Source: an uncultured Acidobacteriota bacterium (GTDB taxonomy: Bacteria > Acidobacteriota > Thermoanaerobaculia > Gp7-AA8). Taken from it: a DNA stretch of 64,000 nt. Shown one piece after another: positions 11,561 through 22,017 of the stretch. A program made the translations under genes and the position numbers. Under the pieces are notes generated by a model. That model was not told the DNA's origin and searched no databases. It was given only the letters and a program-made list of their open reading frames with translations. The stretch is from positions 736,001-800,000 of the forward strand of contig CAWGHO010000003.1 of the NCBI GenBank assembly GCA_963822445.1. Direction: 5' to 3'. Every line of letters begins with the position of its first letter. The stretch's first letter is position 1.

Positions 11561-11891
11561 GTCCTCAACGGCGCTGAAGCTCGACGCGCATGCCGGCGGC
11601 GCAACACAGTTCGAGCCGCTGATCCACGAACGCCTCCGCCTGGGCATCCTCTCCGCGCTCGCGGTGAACGAGCCGCTGACGTTCACGGATCTCCGGGCGA
11701 TGCTCGCCACCACCGACGGCAACCTGAGCGTGCACGCGCGCAAGCTCGAGGAAGCCGGCTACATCAAATGCACGAAAACATTCGACGGGCGGGTCCCCAG
11801 GACCGTCTACAGCCTCACCGGCGCCGGTCGCAAGGCGCTGGACCGTTATCTCGACAGCATGGAGGCGCTGATCCACACGATGCGTGGATGA
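11553..11891 (+). CDS. Winged-helix transcriptional regulator (ArsR/MarR-like, HTH_34 type)
   Basis: [13 protein letters not shown]...[18 protein letters not shown]...PRTVYSLT. Confidence 0.9.
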   Translation: MAKSSTALKLDAHAGGATQFEPLIHERLRLGILSALAVNEPLTFTDLRAMLATTDGNLSVHARKLEEAGYIKCTKTFDGRVPRTVYSLTGAGRKALDRYLDSMEALIHTMRG

Positions 11892-12604
11892 GCGACATGG
11901 TTATGCCGGACATGCAATGCACCTTTCACGTTGCCATCATCATGGACGGCAACGGGCGCTGGGCGACCGAGCGAGGGCTGCCGCGAACGGCCGGCCATCG
12001 CGCCGGCGCGGAAGCCGTTCGGCGGGTCGTCGAGGCCGCGCCTCCCGCCGGCATCGATCTCCTCACGCTTTACGCTTTCTCCGCCGACAACTGGAACAGG
12101 CCGCACTATGAAGTCGACGCTTTGATGACCCTCCTGCAACGGTTCCTGGCCACGGAGACGGCACGATGCGTCGCCTCGGGCGTCCGGCTGAACGTGATCG
12201 GCCGCCGCGATCGCCTCTCGAAGTCTCTCGTTCGCCTCATCGAATCATCGGAAGCAGCCACCGCCGGTTGTCAGAAGCTGCGCCTGCGCCTGGCCATCGA
12301 CTATTCGTCACGCGACGCGATCGCTCGTGCGGCCTGTGACAAGTGCTCGGAGCGCTCGTTCCGCCAACGCCTTTCGCTGGCCGTCCACGCCGATTCGATC
12401 ATCGAAGACGTGGACCTGCTCATCCGCACGGGACGCGAAAAGCGGCTCAGCGATTTTCTTCTCTTCGAAGCCGCGTATGCCGAACTGAGTTTCAGCGATC
12501 GCCTCTGGCCCGACTTCGACGCGACGGACCTCGCCAGCGCGGTCAGCGACTATCGAACGCGCGAGCGCCGCTTCGGAGCCATCGCCGAGGAGCGGGTGTC
12601 GTGA
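11888..12604 (+). CDS. uppS: cis-prenyltransferase (undecaprenyl diphosphate synthase family)
   Basis: [47 protein letters not shown]. May be a paralog of the housekeeping gene. Confidence 0.9.
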   Translation: MSDMVMPDMQCTFHVAIIMDGNGRWATERGLPRTAGHRAGAEAVRRVVEAAPPAGIDLLTLYAFSADNWNRPHYEVDALMTLLQRFLATETARCVASGVRLNVIGRRDRLSKSLVRLIESSEAATAGCQKLRLRLAIDYSSRDAIARAACDKCSERSFRQRLSLAVHADSIIEDVDLLIRTGREKRLSDFLLFEAAYAELSFSDRLWPDFDATDLASAVSDYRTRERRFGAIAEERVS

Positions 12605-13368
12605 GTGACTTCGTCGATCGAGGGTCCGTCGTGCGGAGGATCTGGGGAAACGGGGACATGGTGCTGCTGGTCTTCGCCGGCTCAGCCGCGGAGTTCGCGC
12701 TGAACCGAGCGGTGGACTGGTTGTTCTTCACCGGAAAATTACCGGGCGATCCGATCGGCCGCCTCTTCTCCACGGCCAGCTATGCACAGCACATCGTCTT
12801 CGCCGACGTCGCGACCGCGTCGCGCACGCTCGATCGCATCCGCGCGGTTCATCAGACCGTCGAGCATGAGCGCGGTCAACAGATCCCTGACTGGGCCCAC
12901 CGTGATGTGCTCTACATGCTCATCGACTACTCCGAACGAGCCCACGCGATGCTCGCTCGGCCTTTGAGACCGGAAGAGCAGAGCGAGCTCTACGACGTGT
13001 TTTACCGCGTTGGCACAGGCCTCGGAATCCCGGACCTCCCGCGGACTTACGCCGATTGGAAAATCGACCGCGAGCTCCACCTGCGCCGCGATCTGCTGAA
13101 CAGCGATGGCACAGCCGCGCTGTACGCCCAGTACCGCAATCACCTCGGCGCCTGGCGCCACCACCTTCTGCTGAGGGTTCAGTCGATCCTGGCTCCGGAG
13201 CACGTGCGAGGCCTGCTGCGGCTGAAGCGCGCGGAGTGGCTGCGACCTCTCCTGCGGCTTTATCCCGTCCTGGTGCGGGCGGGATTGCGCCCGATCATCC
13301 TGCACGCACTCATGCCCTCGCGTTATCTCGCCCCGGTGCGAGCGCTGGATCACCCCACCGCGGCCTGA
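12601..13368 (+). CDS. DUF2236 / MpaB-like oxygenase family protein
   Basis: GSVVRRIWG...IRAVH...[10 protein letters not shown] pattern; GTGA overlap with uppS. Confidence 0.75.
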   Translation: MSDFVDRGSVVRRIWGNGDMVLLVFAGSAAEFALNRAVDWLFFTGKLPGDPIGRLFSTASYAQHIVFADVATASRTLDRIRAVHQTVEHERGQQIPDWAHRDVLYMLIDYSERAHAMLARPLRPEEQSELYDVFYRVGTGLGIPDLPRTYADWKIDRELHLRRDLLNSDGTAALYAQYRNHLGAWRHHLLLRVQSILAPEHVRGLLRLKRAEWLRPLLRLYPVLVRAGLRPIILHALMPSRYLAPVRALDHPTAA

Positions 13369-13440
13369 AACTACACCTGCCGCTGCGACGTATGACGCCC
13401 TGGTCCGAGGCGCTCCGATACGTCTGACAGGAGACAACCA

Positions 13441-13536
13441 TTGGAACTACACATTCGCGACGTATCGAAGACCTATCCCAAGAAAAAACACGTCCTGCCC
13501 AGCTCGATACCGAGGATCTCGCACGGACTGTTTTGA
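13441..13536 (+). pseudogene. 5' relic of an ABC ATP-binding gene
   Basis: SD AGGAGA + TTG, LELHIRDVSKTYP resembles MLELHDVSHLYP at 21983; stops after 31 codons. Confidence 0.5.
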
Positions 13537-13605
13537 CGCCTTGACAGAACGAGGCGCTTCAGCGCCGGGCGCGGCGAACGGCTCGCCGACAGCTCCTGGC
13601 AGTAG

Positions 13606-14313
13606 CTAGGCGCCGGCCCAGCCGACAAAGCAGCCAACGACGATTGCCCCGACGACCGCAGGTAACCACAACGACGATGGTGGGTCATGGCGATATACGG
13701 CGACGTACATCTTGCGCCATGCGCGCATGGTGTTCCTGTGAAGGACACCTGTCACCAGGCCTGAAATGACGCTCACTGTTGGCACGACCATGCCTCCCTC
13801 GAGAGCCAATCGTCCAGTTACGACGACGGTACCCCACGTCACTGTAAGCCATAAAAAGATCGACGTAGCGGCATAAACGTCGAATCCGTCCTTAGCCAAT
13901 GGAAATGGATTCAAGAACCACGGGTGGGTTTGAATTTTGATGGCCGCCTCTACCTGGCGAGCGCCGACCATGTCCCAGGCGTGACGCAACGTCGCAAGCA
14001 GCCGACGTACTTGTAACGCGACGAATGGAGAGATCACAACCAAGACGAGGCCGGCAGATTCGCGGGATATCCCAATCGCGGCGAAGAGCTTGAATTCACG
14101 AATGTTCGGGCTCAGAAACATCGCGAGGATGCTGCCGAGCGTTATCGCGCTGACCGTGGTGACCTTTGCAAGCGCATCTAACTGGCGCTCGACAACCGAG
14201 ACGCCCTCCCCTTCAACGATTCTAGTGAACTCCAGCCATTGCGCCGTAGGGGTCTCATCAGTCGGTGATATCACCGGGGCTGGTGCCTCGTCCGAAACTT
14301 TGTCGTTAGCCAT
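13606..14313 (-). CDS. Hypothetical membrane protein (lower GC)
   Basis: 235-aa ORF with about 5 TM segments and atypical codon use. Confidence 0.6.
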   Translation of the reverse strand: MANDKVSDEAPAPVISPTDETPTAQWLEFTRIVEGEGVSVVERQLDALAKVTTVSAITLGSILAMFLSPNIREFKLFAAIGISRESAGLVLVVISPFVALQVRRLLATLRHAWDMVGARQVEAAIKIQTHPWFLNPFPLAKDGFDVYAATSIFLWLTVTWGTVVVTGRLALEGGMVVPTVSVISGLVTGVLHRNTMRAWRKMYVAVYRHDPPSSLWLPAVVGAIVVGCFVGWAGA

Positions 14314-14498
14314 CGCTCTGTGGTGGGACTGTCTGGATCATAGCTGATATCCCGCTGCCTGCTGTTGCGGATCGCGCAATCACGGGAAAGCGGAGTCCCG
14401 AGCGCCTAACTGGTAGGCGAGTCAATGAACCCCTTTTGGCTGATTCTCGTATAACCGAGTAGACGACGCCGTCGCGCTACGACACGGGAGGAGGCTAC

Positions 14499-15254
14499 AT
14501 GACTCAGCACCGTCTCTCGGCTCATGGTTCGCTGAACTGGCTGATTCCTCATTTGAAGGGCCACGCACTCCTCTTCGACACGAAGTTTCTAACCACATAC
14601 AACGCCTCCAGCGGCGTTAGGTTGCTGCTCATCTTTCTCTTGCTCGAAGGGGTGATCGGCCCGCGGCTCTGGTTCTGGCACATGGTCCAGCTTTCAATGC
14701 CGCCTCCGTGGATTCGCGTGCCGGTCCTGCTTGTCCTCGCTTTGATCTTGGTGCGATTTGCAGCCGAAGTTAGGCTGACGGACATCGGGCTTCGGCCGTG
14801 GAAGGAGTGGAGTACGACAGAACGGTCTTATCTCTTCCAGGTCCTAGTCCTTGCCAACGTCGTCTTCTGCTTCCTTTTCGCGAAGCGACTCGGTCGAGTT
14901 CTCACGGATCCGACGACCCGATCAACTGCATGGGTTGTACTAGTCACGTACTTGCTCTGGGGTTTCTACCAGGAAGTCATCTATCGCGGAATACTCCAGA
15001 CGGAGCTCATTAGGCGCTGGGGCGCAATCGTGGGCATCCTTGTGAGCAATGTTCTGTACACGTTTGGTCCGTTGCACTTCTACCATTTCTCGGCCGGCTC
15101 GCCGGTTAGCAGGCTCATGATATTTGCCGCAATTTTCTTCATCGGGCTTTTCTTTGGAGTGTTATTCAGAAGGTCAGGCAATCTTTGGATCGTCGGCATT
15201 TTTCACGGCGTCGGCGACAGCTACATCACGGGCCTTGGCCAGCTGACAAGCTGA
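14499..15254 (+). CDS. CPBP family intramembrane metalloprotease (CAAX/Abi-like)
   Basis: QEVIYRGIL, H in GPLHFYH, SGNLWIVGIFHG; SD GGAGG. Confidence 0.85.
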   Translation: MTQHRLSAHGSLNWLIPHLKGHALLFDTKFLTTYNASSGVRLLLIFLLLEGVIGPRLWFWHMVQLSMPPPWIRVPVLLVLALILVRFAAEVRLTDIGLRPWKEWSTTERSYLFQVLVLANVVFCFLFAKRLGRVLTDPTTRSTAWVVLVTYLLWGFYQEVIYRGILQTELIRRWGAIVGILVSNVLYTFGPLHFYHFSAGSPVSRLMIFAAIFFIGLFFGVLFRRSGNLWIVGIFHGVGDSYITGLGQLTS

Positions 15255-15409
15255 CGTCTCGGTTGCCGGGCGAAGTCGGTCCTTTGACGATGGGGGCTGC
15301 CGCTGTGGCCCCGTTAGCGAAGACGTCGAGCATCGCTTCGTTGTAATGCTGTCTTTCCTTTTGACCCGCGACCACGACCCACCGGTGGAACGAGTGATCG
15401 GAGACGGCG

Positions 15410-16177
15410 CTACGCCACGTCAATCAGAAACGTCGGGCGGTATTTCGGCGAGCGCGTCTCCAGCTGCACGTTCCAGGAAAATCGCCCGTCGCTGGTGTCG
15501 ATCACTGGAATGGTCGTCGTAATACGAAACGTGATGTCGTCACCATCCCTCGTAATGGCGATGTCTCCGGACGCGCGGGCGATGACGATCAATTCCGAGT
15601 AGCGGTGGGCGCGAAACGTTTGGAGCGCGATGAGCTCGAACGTCGCATTGAGGGCGTGGCCGGTCTTGGCCCAGGCCGAGCCGGATGTCGTGATCACCGC
15701 GCGCAACGGGTCGCCGCGGCGCGCCGGGGCGTCGAGCTCCAGACGCGCGCGGCCGTATTGAACCTGCCGCCAGATCATCACACCCGCGCCGGCCAGGACG
15801 CCAACTGCGATGGCCGCAATTACCAGCACGATCGGTTGGCCGGGCGCGGCGCTGAGGCTCGCCGCGAGAAAAATCGCGCCGATGACGAGCATGACGTTGC
15901 GCGACATGGTGCTGTCATCGCGATAGGAAGTCCGGCCACGAACCTGATCGAGCGGCGGAATCTGGATTGGCGCGTTGGGGTCTTTCGGCTTCGACGGCCA
16001 GATCAGGCTGACCAGCAGCGACCCGCCCATGTACAGCGTCAGCAGGCCGAAGCCGAGGGCGAAGTAGCGTTCCGGTTTCTCCATGTCCCGGAAGCTGACC
16101 AACACGACGACGGTGAGCCCGAGACAGAGCGCGCTCAAGAGCAGAACGATCGCGAACGCAATACGCCTCGGCCACAT
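15410..16177 (-). CDS. Hypothetical membrane protein
   Basis: 4 TM helices followed by a beta-rich soluble domain. Confidence 0.65.
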   Translation of the reverse strand: MWPRRIAFAIVLLLSALCLGLTVVVLVSFRDMEKPERYFALGFGLLTLYMGGSLLVSLIWPSKPKDPNAPIQIPPLDQVRGRTSYRDDSTMSRNVMLVIGAIFLAASLSAAPGQPIVLVIAAIAVGVLAGAGVMIWRQVQYGRARLELDAPARRGDPLRAVITTSGSAWAKTGHALNATFELIALQTFRAHRYSELIVIARASGDIAITRDGDDITFRITTTIPVIDTSDGRFSWNVQLETRSPKYRPTFLIDVA

Positions 16178-16207
16178 GCCGGGGCGTAGGGTAGCAGTTC
16201 GCGCGTG

Positions 16208-17500
16208 TCACCTCGCGGGCGACACGCCGCGCATACGCGCCCAGGGCGCCACATTCGCGGTGAATGCTTTCATCTCGTCCTTCGTCAACGGCATTCTGCG
16301 GCGAAAGTTGTCCCATGCATCTTCCGGCTCCGTATCCGAGCCGAAGTAGATGCGATGCAGGCCGATCTGACGCATGCGGCGCACGAGCGTCTTCATCATC
16401 TCCTCATCGCCGTAGACGGAGGAGGCTTCGAAGTAGAGGTTTTTCGCCGCGGGGTTACCGCTCGAGATTGCATCGGCGAAAACGCCCAGGGCCGGCTCGT
16501 TGTAAAACGCTCCGCCCCAGAGGTGTGCAACGACGACCTGAACGTCCGGCGCCGCGGCGACGAGCTGGTTCAGAAAGATCTCGGCCTGTTCGTTCCCCCA
16601 GCGCGGACTGCCCGACGTATGGACGAGCAATGGAAGCCGCAGCCGGTTCGCGGCCTCGAACACGTGGCGCGTCTTCGCAACGTGCTCCGGATCGTCGAGG
16701 TCCACCGGCGACGTACCGAAGTGCAGCTTCACGCCGGTGAACGCTTTGTTTTTCGCACAGCGCTCCATTTCCGCCACTGCGTAATCTTTGGTTGGATTGA
16801 AACTGCACAGTGCAACGAGCCGGTCGGGGTGGCGCATGACCTGCGCGGCCGTCCAGTCGTTCTCCGCCCGCACCATTGCGTAGCGGTCGCCCTTGCCGAC
16901 GGGAACGAGCCCGTCGAAGAAATAGGCGTTCGACAAAACGACCGCGCGCTGGATCCCGGCCTCGTCCAGGCGCGCGATCAGATCGTCGGCAAAGATCGGT
17001 TTCTGCACCGGCGGGATCGGGAACGACGGCGTCTCCGACGTGATGAGCAACTGACCGCCGGGCATCTCTTCGACGGTCAGGTGGAAGTAGCCGAGATGCC
17101 GCTGGTCCTTGCTGCGTGTGTAGTAGCCGCCGATGTTGCTGGTCGAGCCATTCGTGCGTAAAAAGACGGGCGTCAATTGGTCGTGGCTGTAGAAAACGGT
17201 TTCCAGGCTGCTCAATGCCTCGTCGCCGCGGCCCCAACCGGGCATGCTGTAGCGGAGAACCCAGGCGTCGTGCGTGTAAAGCTGCCTCAGCGCGTCCAGG
17301 TCTTTCACCCTTTCCCCTCGTTGCTTCAGGAGCAGGGCGAGGTCCGGGGGCAATTTCACGGCGGGCAGCGGTGGTGGGCTGTACACCGCGGTTGCGGCAG
17401 GGCTCATCAGGTGCTGATGATGGTCGGCGACCGGCGCGATTTTCCCGCAAGCGGAAATCACCATCATGGCCACCGCCGCAAACACGAGATTCGCCTTCAT
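16208..17500 (-). CDS. Amidohydrolase_2 family lipoprotein
   Basis: Lipobox ISAC, DHHQH, GVKLH, VAHLWGG, YFGSD. Confidence 0.85.
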   Translation of the reverse strand: MKANLVFAAVAMMVISACGKIAPVADHHQHLMSPAATAVYSPPPLPAVKLPPDLALLLKQRGERVKDLDALRQLYTHDAWVLRYSMPGWGRGDEALSSLETVFYSHDQLTPVFLRTNGSTSNIGGYYTRSKDQRHLGYFHLTVEEMPGGQLLITSETPSFPIPPVQKPIFADDLIARLDEAGIQRAVVLSNAYFFDGLVPVGKGDRYAMVRAENDWTAAQVMRHPDRLVALCSFNPTKDYAVAEMERCAKNKAFTGVKLHFGTSPVDLDDPEHVAKTRHVFEAANRLRLPLLVHTSGSPRWGNEQAEIFLNQLVAAAPDVQVVVAHLWGGAFYNEPALGVFADAISSGNPAAKNLYFEASSVYGDEEMMKTLVRRMRQIGLHRIYFGSDTEPEDAWDNFRRRMPLTKDEMKAFTANVAPWARMRGVSPAR

Positions 17501-17503
17501 TGA

Positions 17504-20500
17504 TCACCCCACGGGCAGCACGTTGTCCGCCGAATTCCGATCGATGTAGAAGTTGTACGGATCGACTCCCGCGTAGTTTGGCTTTTTTTCGGTCACGAAC
17601 TTCAGCACCTGCCGCCCCGACTTGATGGGCTGGCGCTCCATCAGCAGCACGTGGGATTTGTTGAACGCGTCGCGGCCCGGCTCGGCGGTGAAAAGGCCGA
17701 CTTCGATGCGCTCGGCCAGCGGCGTCTCGGTCTCCACGGCCTGGCCGGTGACGTAGACCTTCCTCGCCTCGACCGGCACCGTCACGTCCCACTTCCCGTC
17801 CGCGCGGCGCACGGCGGTCGGCGCGTCGACTTTCAGGTCGTAGAGCGTGACGCGCTCGAAGAGATCCGTAATCAGCGCCTGATCCTCCTCCGTCTTCGCC
17901 TCGGCGCGAAACGCGGCGATCAGGTCGAGCGACCGTGGGTACGGCGCGCCCTTCAACCTGTAGCGCGCCAGCATGTTGCGCAAGGCGCGGTTGACTCCGT
18001 CCTCGCCGATCCGCTTCGTCAGGAGGTACATGACCATCGCGCCCTTGCGGTAGCTGATGTGGTCCTGACCGAGGACGCGTGCGAGCGGCGGTTCCTCCTT
18101 CGGTGACCAGGAGCGGCCGCCGAGATAGCGGTGGAGCTCGAACTGCATGTAGCGGCGGATCTGATCCTCGCCGCGCATCTTCTTCATCACCATGTGCGCC
18201 GAATACTGGGCGAGGGTCTCGACGAACATCGTGTAGCCCTCCATCTCCGCGCCCATCATCTGGTTCGGCCACCACTGATGCGCAAATTCGTGGGAGGTGA
18301 TGCCGGTGACGAAGTCCATCGTGTCGGGCTCGTCGTAGTCGGCGATGAATCCGACCGACTCCGAGAACGGAATCGTGCCGGCGAATGCCTGAGCGTAGCC
18401 CTTGTATCCCGGGAACTCGACGACGCGGAAGTGATCGAACTGGTACGGACCGAAGTTGGCCTGGTAGTAGTCGAGCGAGGCCGCCATCGCGTCGAGCATC
18501 CGATCGACGTTCCATGCGTGGCGCGGGTGGTAGTAGACGCCGAGGTCGATCCCGCGGTGCAGGCGGTGCCTCTCCGCATAGCGCGCGGACTGCACCGAGA
18601 AGCGCACGCGAATCGGCACGGTCGTTACGAAACGGGCCGTGCGCCTTCCGTTACGAGTCACATCTGAGACCTTCCGTCCCGGCGCAATAGGCGTCTGATC
18701 GGCGTCCGTCGACAGAGTGATGTCCGCCTTCTTCATCAATCCATTGCCGAATGAGATCTTCGTCGTCGCGGAGAGATCTTCGAGCTTCGGCGGGCCGGTC
18801 ACAGTCGGAGGGAGGCCGTACTTGCGGCGGGTCTCGGGTTCCTGAAGCAGGCCGCCGTTGCTCATGCCGAGGATCGGCATGAGGTCCGTGTCGGTGACGA
18901 AGGAGCCGTTCTCGACGAGCGTCGTCGCCTGCTCTTCGTTGAGGAAACCGCGATGCCACCGCCGCGTCTCGAACGTGAGGAGACGCTCGTCGCCCGGCTG
19001 CATCGGGCGCTCGAGACGGTAGATGCGGTAGTTGTATCGCTTGTCGTCGAGGATCAGCCGCGCGCCCGGGACGGCGGCATTCGTCAATTCGAGACCCCCC
19101 TCGGTGGCCAGGCGGACGTGAAGGTCGGTAATCGGCTGCGCGGTCCGGTTGCGGAGCAGGTAGCGGCCCTTCGTCACGGCCCGGCGCTCGCTCGGATAGA
19201 GGTCGATGGTGAGCGTCAGCTCCTCGACCGCCGGCTGCGGCACGCCCTTGTATTTTCCGAATCGCTTTTCGTACTCGGCCATCGACGCCTGGAGGTCTTC
19301 CTGCGTCTGATACTCATTGAGGATGTTGGTGTTGTAGAACGCGTACGCGCCGGTTGCGGTGAAGATCAGCAGCGTCGCCGCGGCCACCCATCCCGCGGGT
19401 CCCGCCAGACGGCGCCGCGCCAGCGCGAGCCGCGGTTTCAGCCGGATCTCGGTGCCGCGCCTCCACAAGAGATGCGCGGCGAGCAGCAGCAGGACGGCGA
19501 ACGCTCCCCAGTACAGACGAAACGTCCACGGCCCGAGCCAGAAGGAGCCGGCTCCGTTGAGATCACTGAGCGGCATCTCCGGCGTCCCTGCGAAATTGAG
19601 GAGATTGTGTTTGATGTATTGGTTCACCTCCCGCCACGCGACGAACAGGGTCATGACTCCCCAGCCCACGGCCTTGTGGGGGCTGAGCGCCTGAATGAAG
19701 ATCGCCATCGCCGCGAGGATCAGCGAGTCGAAGCTCGCCGGCAGGACGTACCAGAGCAGGTACTGGCCGGGCTGCACGTCGGTGAACCCGAGGGAGAGTT
19801 GCAGCACGACCGCCGCGACGACGTTCAGGATGAGCATCGCCACGAACAGGAGCGCCAGCGCGCTGGTCTTCGGAATGACGTAGGCCCAGTTGGGGAGCGG
19901 GGAGGCGTCGACGAGCTCGTGGACCCTGCGGTCGCGCTCGCGCCATACCAGCTCGCCTGCGTAGTAGATGGCCACGATCAGCGGAATGATCCTGAACGCA
20001 TCCTCGATCTCCGGAATGAGCGACAGCGTGGTCGGGTACTCCGGCAGGTAGTCGGGGAACCGCTGGGTCATCAGGACGAAGACCGTGACGTACATCCCCC
20101 ACACCATCAGGACCGGAAAGGCGGGGCTCATGACGACCTGCCGGAACTCGAATTTCGTGCGCATCCAGAGGAGGGCACGCAGCGCGGCGTGGCCGTGCCG
20201 TGGGTTGGGGAGCGCTGAAGGTGTGATTCCTTGATCAAAAGGCAGGCCGGAGGCCTGCACCACACGCTGCTTTTTCCGCTCGCGTTTCGACATCCCCTGG
20301 TCGGTGAATCGGTAGACGGCATACGTGGCCGCCAGGAAGAGGATGGCGACAGTGATCCACAGCAGCCGGTTGTAAAGCAGGGCGCCGCTGAAATCGGGCA
20401 GCAGGATGTTCCGTTCGGCGATCGTCCAGTAACGCGCCGCGTCTTTCAGCGCGCGCAATGCGAACGGCTCCGCGACGGCGACGACGGTCTCGAGTTGCGG

Positions 20501-21091
20501 CCGGCGGAACGCACCATCAGCGTGAAAAAGCCGGCGATGAAGCCGATGACGCCGAGGTACGTGGCCATCATCGAGCGGGTAATCGTGGCCAGGGCGAAGA
20601 AGATCGCGGAGTGCATGAGGACATTCGGCAGCGCGATCAGGAAATAAGCGTAGAGATGGTCGGTGATCCGGTTGGGCCCGAGGTTCGCCGCATTGGCCCA
20701 CGGCATCAGCGCGCCGAGCAGGCTTCCGACCGGCACGGCCGCCATGCACAGCGCCGCGATGGCGAAGGCGCCGAGGAAGCGTCCGAAGACGTAGTCGAAC
20801 TTGGTGATCTTGCGTCGATCGGATGATCGGGCCGAAGCCGGTCTCGTCGTCGCGAATGACCGCGTTCGCGACGAACGACGTCGTCACGAACATGGCCAGG
20901 ACCGAGAACATCACCGTGTTGCGCAGCGTGGCGTACGCGGCGTTCCGGACCAGGCCGCCCTCGGAGCCCAGCTCCCAGAACTCGACATTCATCGACAGGA
21001 ACACCATGGCGAACATCAACGCGGCCGTCAGCCACAGAAGCGGGTTCCGGAGCAGATAACGGATTTCGAATCGGGCAATGGCGATGATCAT
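17504..21091 (-). CDS. ABC permease / M1 aminopeptidase fusion (frame-shifted segment about 20510-20815)
   Basis: TM permease halves, then YAQAF and HEFAHQWW...E. The true sequence for 20510-20815 lies in another frame (ORF 20446-20745). Confidence 0.85.
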   Translation of the reverse strand: MIIAIARFEIRYLLRNPLLWLTAALMFAMVFLSMNVEFWELGSEGGLVRNAAYATLRNTVMFSVLAMFVTTSFVANAVIRDDETGFGPIIRSTQDHQVRLRLRTLPRRLRHRGAVHGGRAGRKPARRADAVGQCGEPRAQPDHRPSLRLFPDRAAECPHALRDLLRPGHDYPLDDGHVPRRHRLHRRLFHADGAFRRPQLETVVAVAEPFALRALKDAARYWTIAERNILLPDFSGALLYNRLLWITVAILFLAATYAVYRFTDQGMSKRERKKQRVVQASGLPFDQGITPSALPNPRHGHAALRALLWMRTKFEFRQVVMSPAFPVLMVWGMYVTVFVLMTQRFPDYLPEYPTTLSLIPEIEDAFRIIPLIVAIYYAGELVWRERDRRVHELVDASPLPNWAYVIPKTSALALLFVAMLILNVVAAVVLQLSLGFTDVQPGQYLLWYVLPASFDSLILAAMAIFIQALSPHKAVGWGVMTLFVAWREVNQYIKHNLLNFAGTPEMPLSDLNGAGSFWLGPWTFRLYWGAFAVLLLLAAHLLWRRGTEIRLKPRLALARRRLAGPAGWVAAATLLIFTATGAYAFYNTNILNEYQTQEDLQASMAEYEKRFGKYKGVPQPAVEELTLTIDLYPSERRAVTKGRYLLRNRTAQPITDLHVRLATEGGLELTNAAVPGARLILDDKRYNYRIYRLERPMQPGDERLLTFETRRWHRGFLNEEQATTLVENGSFVTDTDLMPILGMSNGGLLQEPETRRKYGLPPTVTGPPKLEDLSATTKISFGNGLMKKADITLSTDADQTPIAPGRKVSDVTRNGRRTARFVTTVPIRVRFSVQSARYAERHRLHRGIDLGVYYHPRHAWNVDRMLDAMAASLDYYQANFGPYQFDHFRVVEFPGYKGYAQAFAGTIPFSESVGFIADYDEPDTMDFVTGITSHEFAHQWWPNQMMGAEMEGYTMFVETLAQYSAHMVMKKMRGEDQIRRYMQFELHRYLGGRSWSPKEEPPLARVLGQDHISYRKGAMVMYLLTKRIGEDGVNRALRNMLARYRLKGAPYPRSLDLIAAFRAEAKTEEDQALITDLFERVTLYDLKVDAPTAVRRADGKWDVTVPVEARKVYVTGQAVETETPLAERIEVGLFTAEPGRDAFNKSHVLLMERQPIKSGRQVLKFVTEKKPNYAGVDPYNFYIDRNSADNVLPVG

Positions 21092-21101
21092 CGGTTGGCC
21101 C

Positions 21102-21983
21102 TCAGGCCGCGCGCCGCGATTCTGCGAGCGTGGAGAAGTAGACGTCCTCGAGTCCGGCGTCGACCGGCGTGAAGCCGTTGCCGGGATCGCGGTCGGAGAG
21201 GATGTGCACCACCGTCCGTCCGGCGAAGAGGCGCGTGGAGAGCAGCTCGTACTGCTCGCGGTGGCGGGCGAGCTCGCCGCGCTCGACCACCTTCCTCCAG
21301 ATTCTGCCGCGGGTGGCGTGGACGAGCTCCTGCGGCGCGCCTTCGCGCTGCACGCGCCCGTCCGCGAGGACGGCCATGCGATGGCAGAGATCCGAGACGT
21401 CCTCGACGATGTGGGTCGAGAGGATCACCACCACGTTCTCGCCGATCTCCGCGAGCAGGTTCAGGAAGCGGTTCCGCTCCTCGGGATCGAGGCCGGCGGT
21501 CGGCTCGTCGACGATGATCAGTTCCGGGTTGCCGATCAGCGCCTGGGCGATGCCGAAGCGCTGGCGCATGCCGCCGGAAAAGCCGGAGAGCATCTTCTTG
21601 CGGACGCTCCACAAGATTCGACCTGCTGCAGCAGCGTTTCGACGGTGGTCTTGCGGTCCGCCGGCGAGGCGACGCCTTTGAGCACCGCCATGTGGTCGAG
21701 CATCTCGTACGCGGAGACGCGCGGATAAACGCCGAAATCCTGCGGCAGATAGCCGAGCGTGCGGCGCAGCTTTTCCGGCTCGGCGATGACATCGACCTCG
21801 CCGAAGCGGATACGTTCCTTCGGTCGGCGTCTGCAGCGTGGCGATCGCGCGCATCAGCGTCGATTTGCCGGCGCCGTTCGGGCCGAGCAGGCCGTACATG
21901 CCGCGCGGAATGGACAGCGTCACGTGATCGAGGGCGCGGGTTCCGTTGGGATAGAGATGGCTTACGTCATGAAGTTCGAGCAT
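21102..21983 (-). CDS. ABC transporter ATP-binding protein (three +1 indels about 21615-21815)
   Basis: GPNGAGKS, FSGGMRQR, IVDEPT; the middle (GYLPQDFG) is in an alternative frame. Confidence 0.88.
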   Translation of the reverse strand: MLELHDVSHLYPNGTRALDHVTLSIPRGMYGLLGPNGAGKSTLMRAIATLQTPTEGTYPLRRGRCHRRAGKAAPHARLSAAGFRRLSARLRVRDARPHGGAQRRRLAGGPQDHRRNAAAAGRILWSVRKKMLSGFSGGMRQRFGIAQALIGNPELIIVDEPTAGLDPEERNRFLNLLAEIGENVVVILSTHIVEDVSDLCHRMAVLADGRVQREGAPQELVHATRGRIWRKVVERGELARHREQYELLSTRLFAGRTVVHILSDRDPGNGFTPVDAGLEDVYFSTLAESRRAA

Positions 21984-22017
21984 CGAGGGGTCTCCTTGGT
22001 GATTGGGTGAGTTGAGG

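Noticed and set aside
14400-15320. Integron attC sites (GCCTAAC near 14404, GTTAGCG near 15313)
   Set aside because: The cores do not pair into a convincing attC hairpin, the genes are divergent and there is no integrase.
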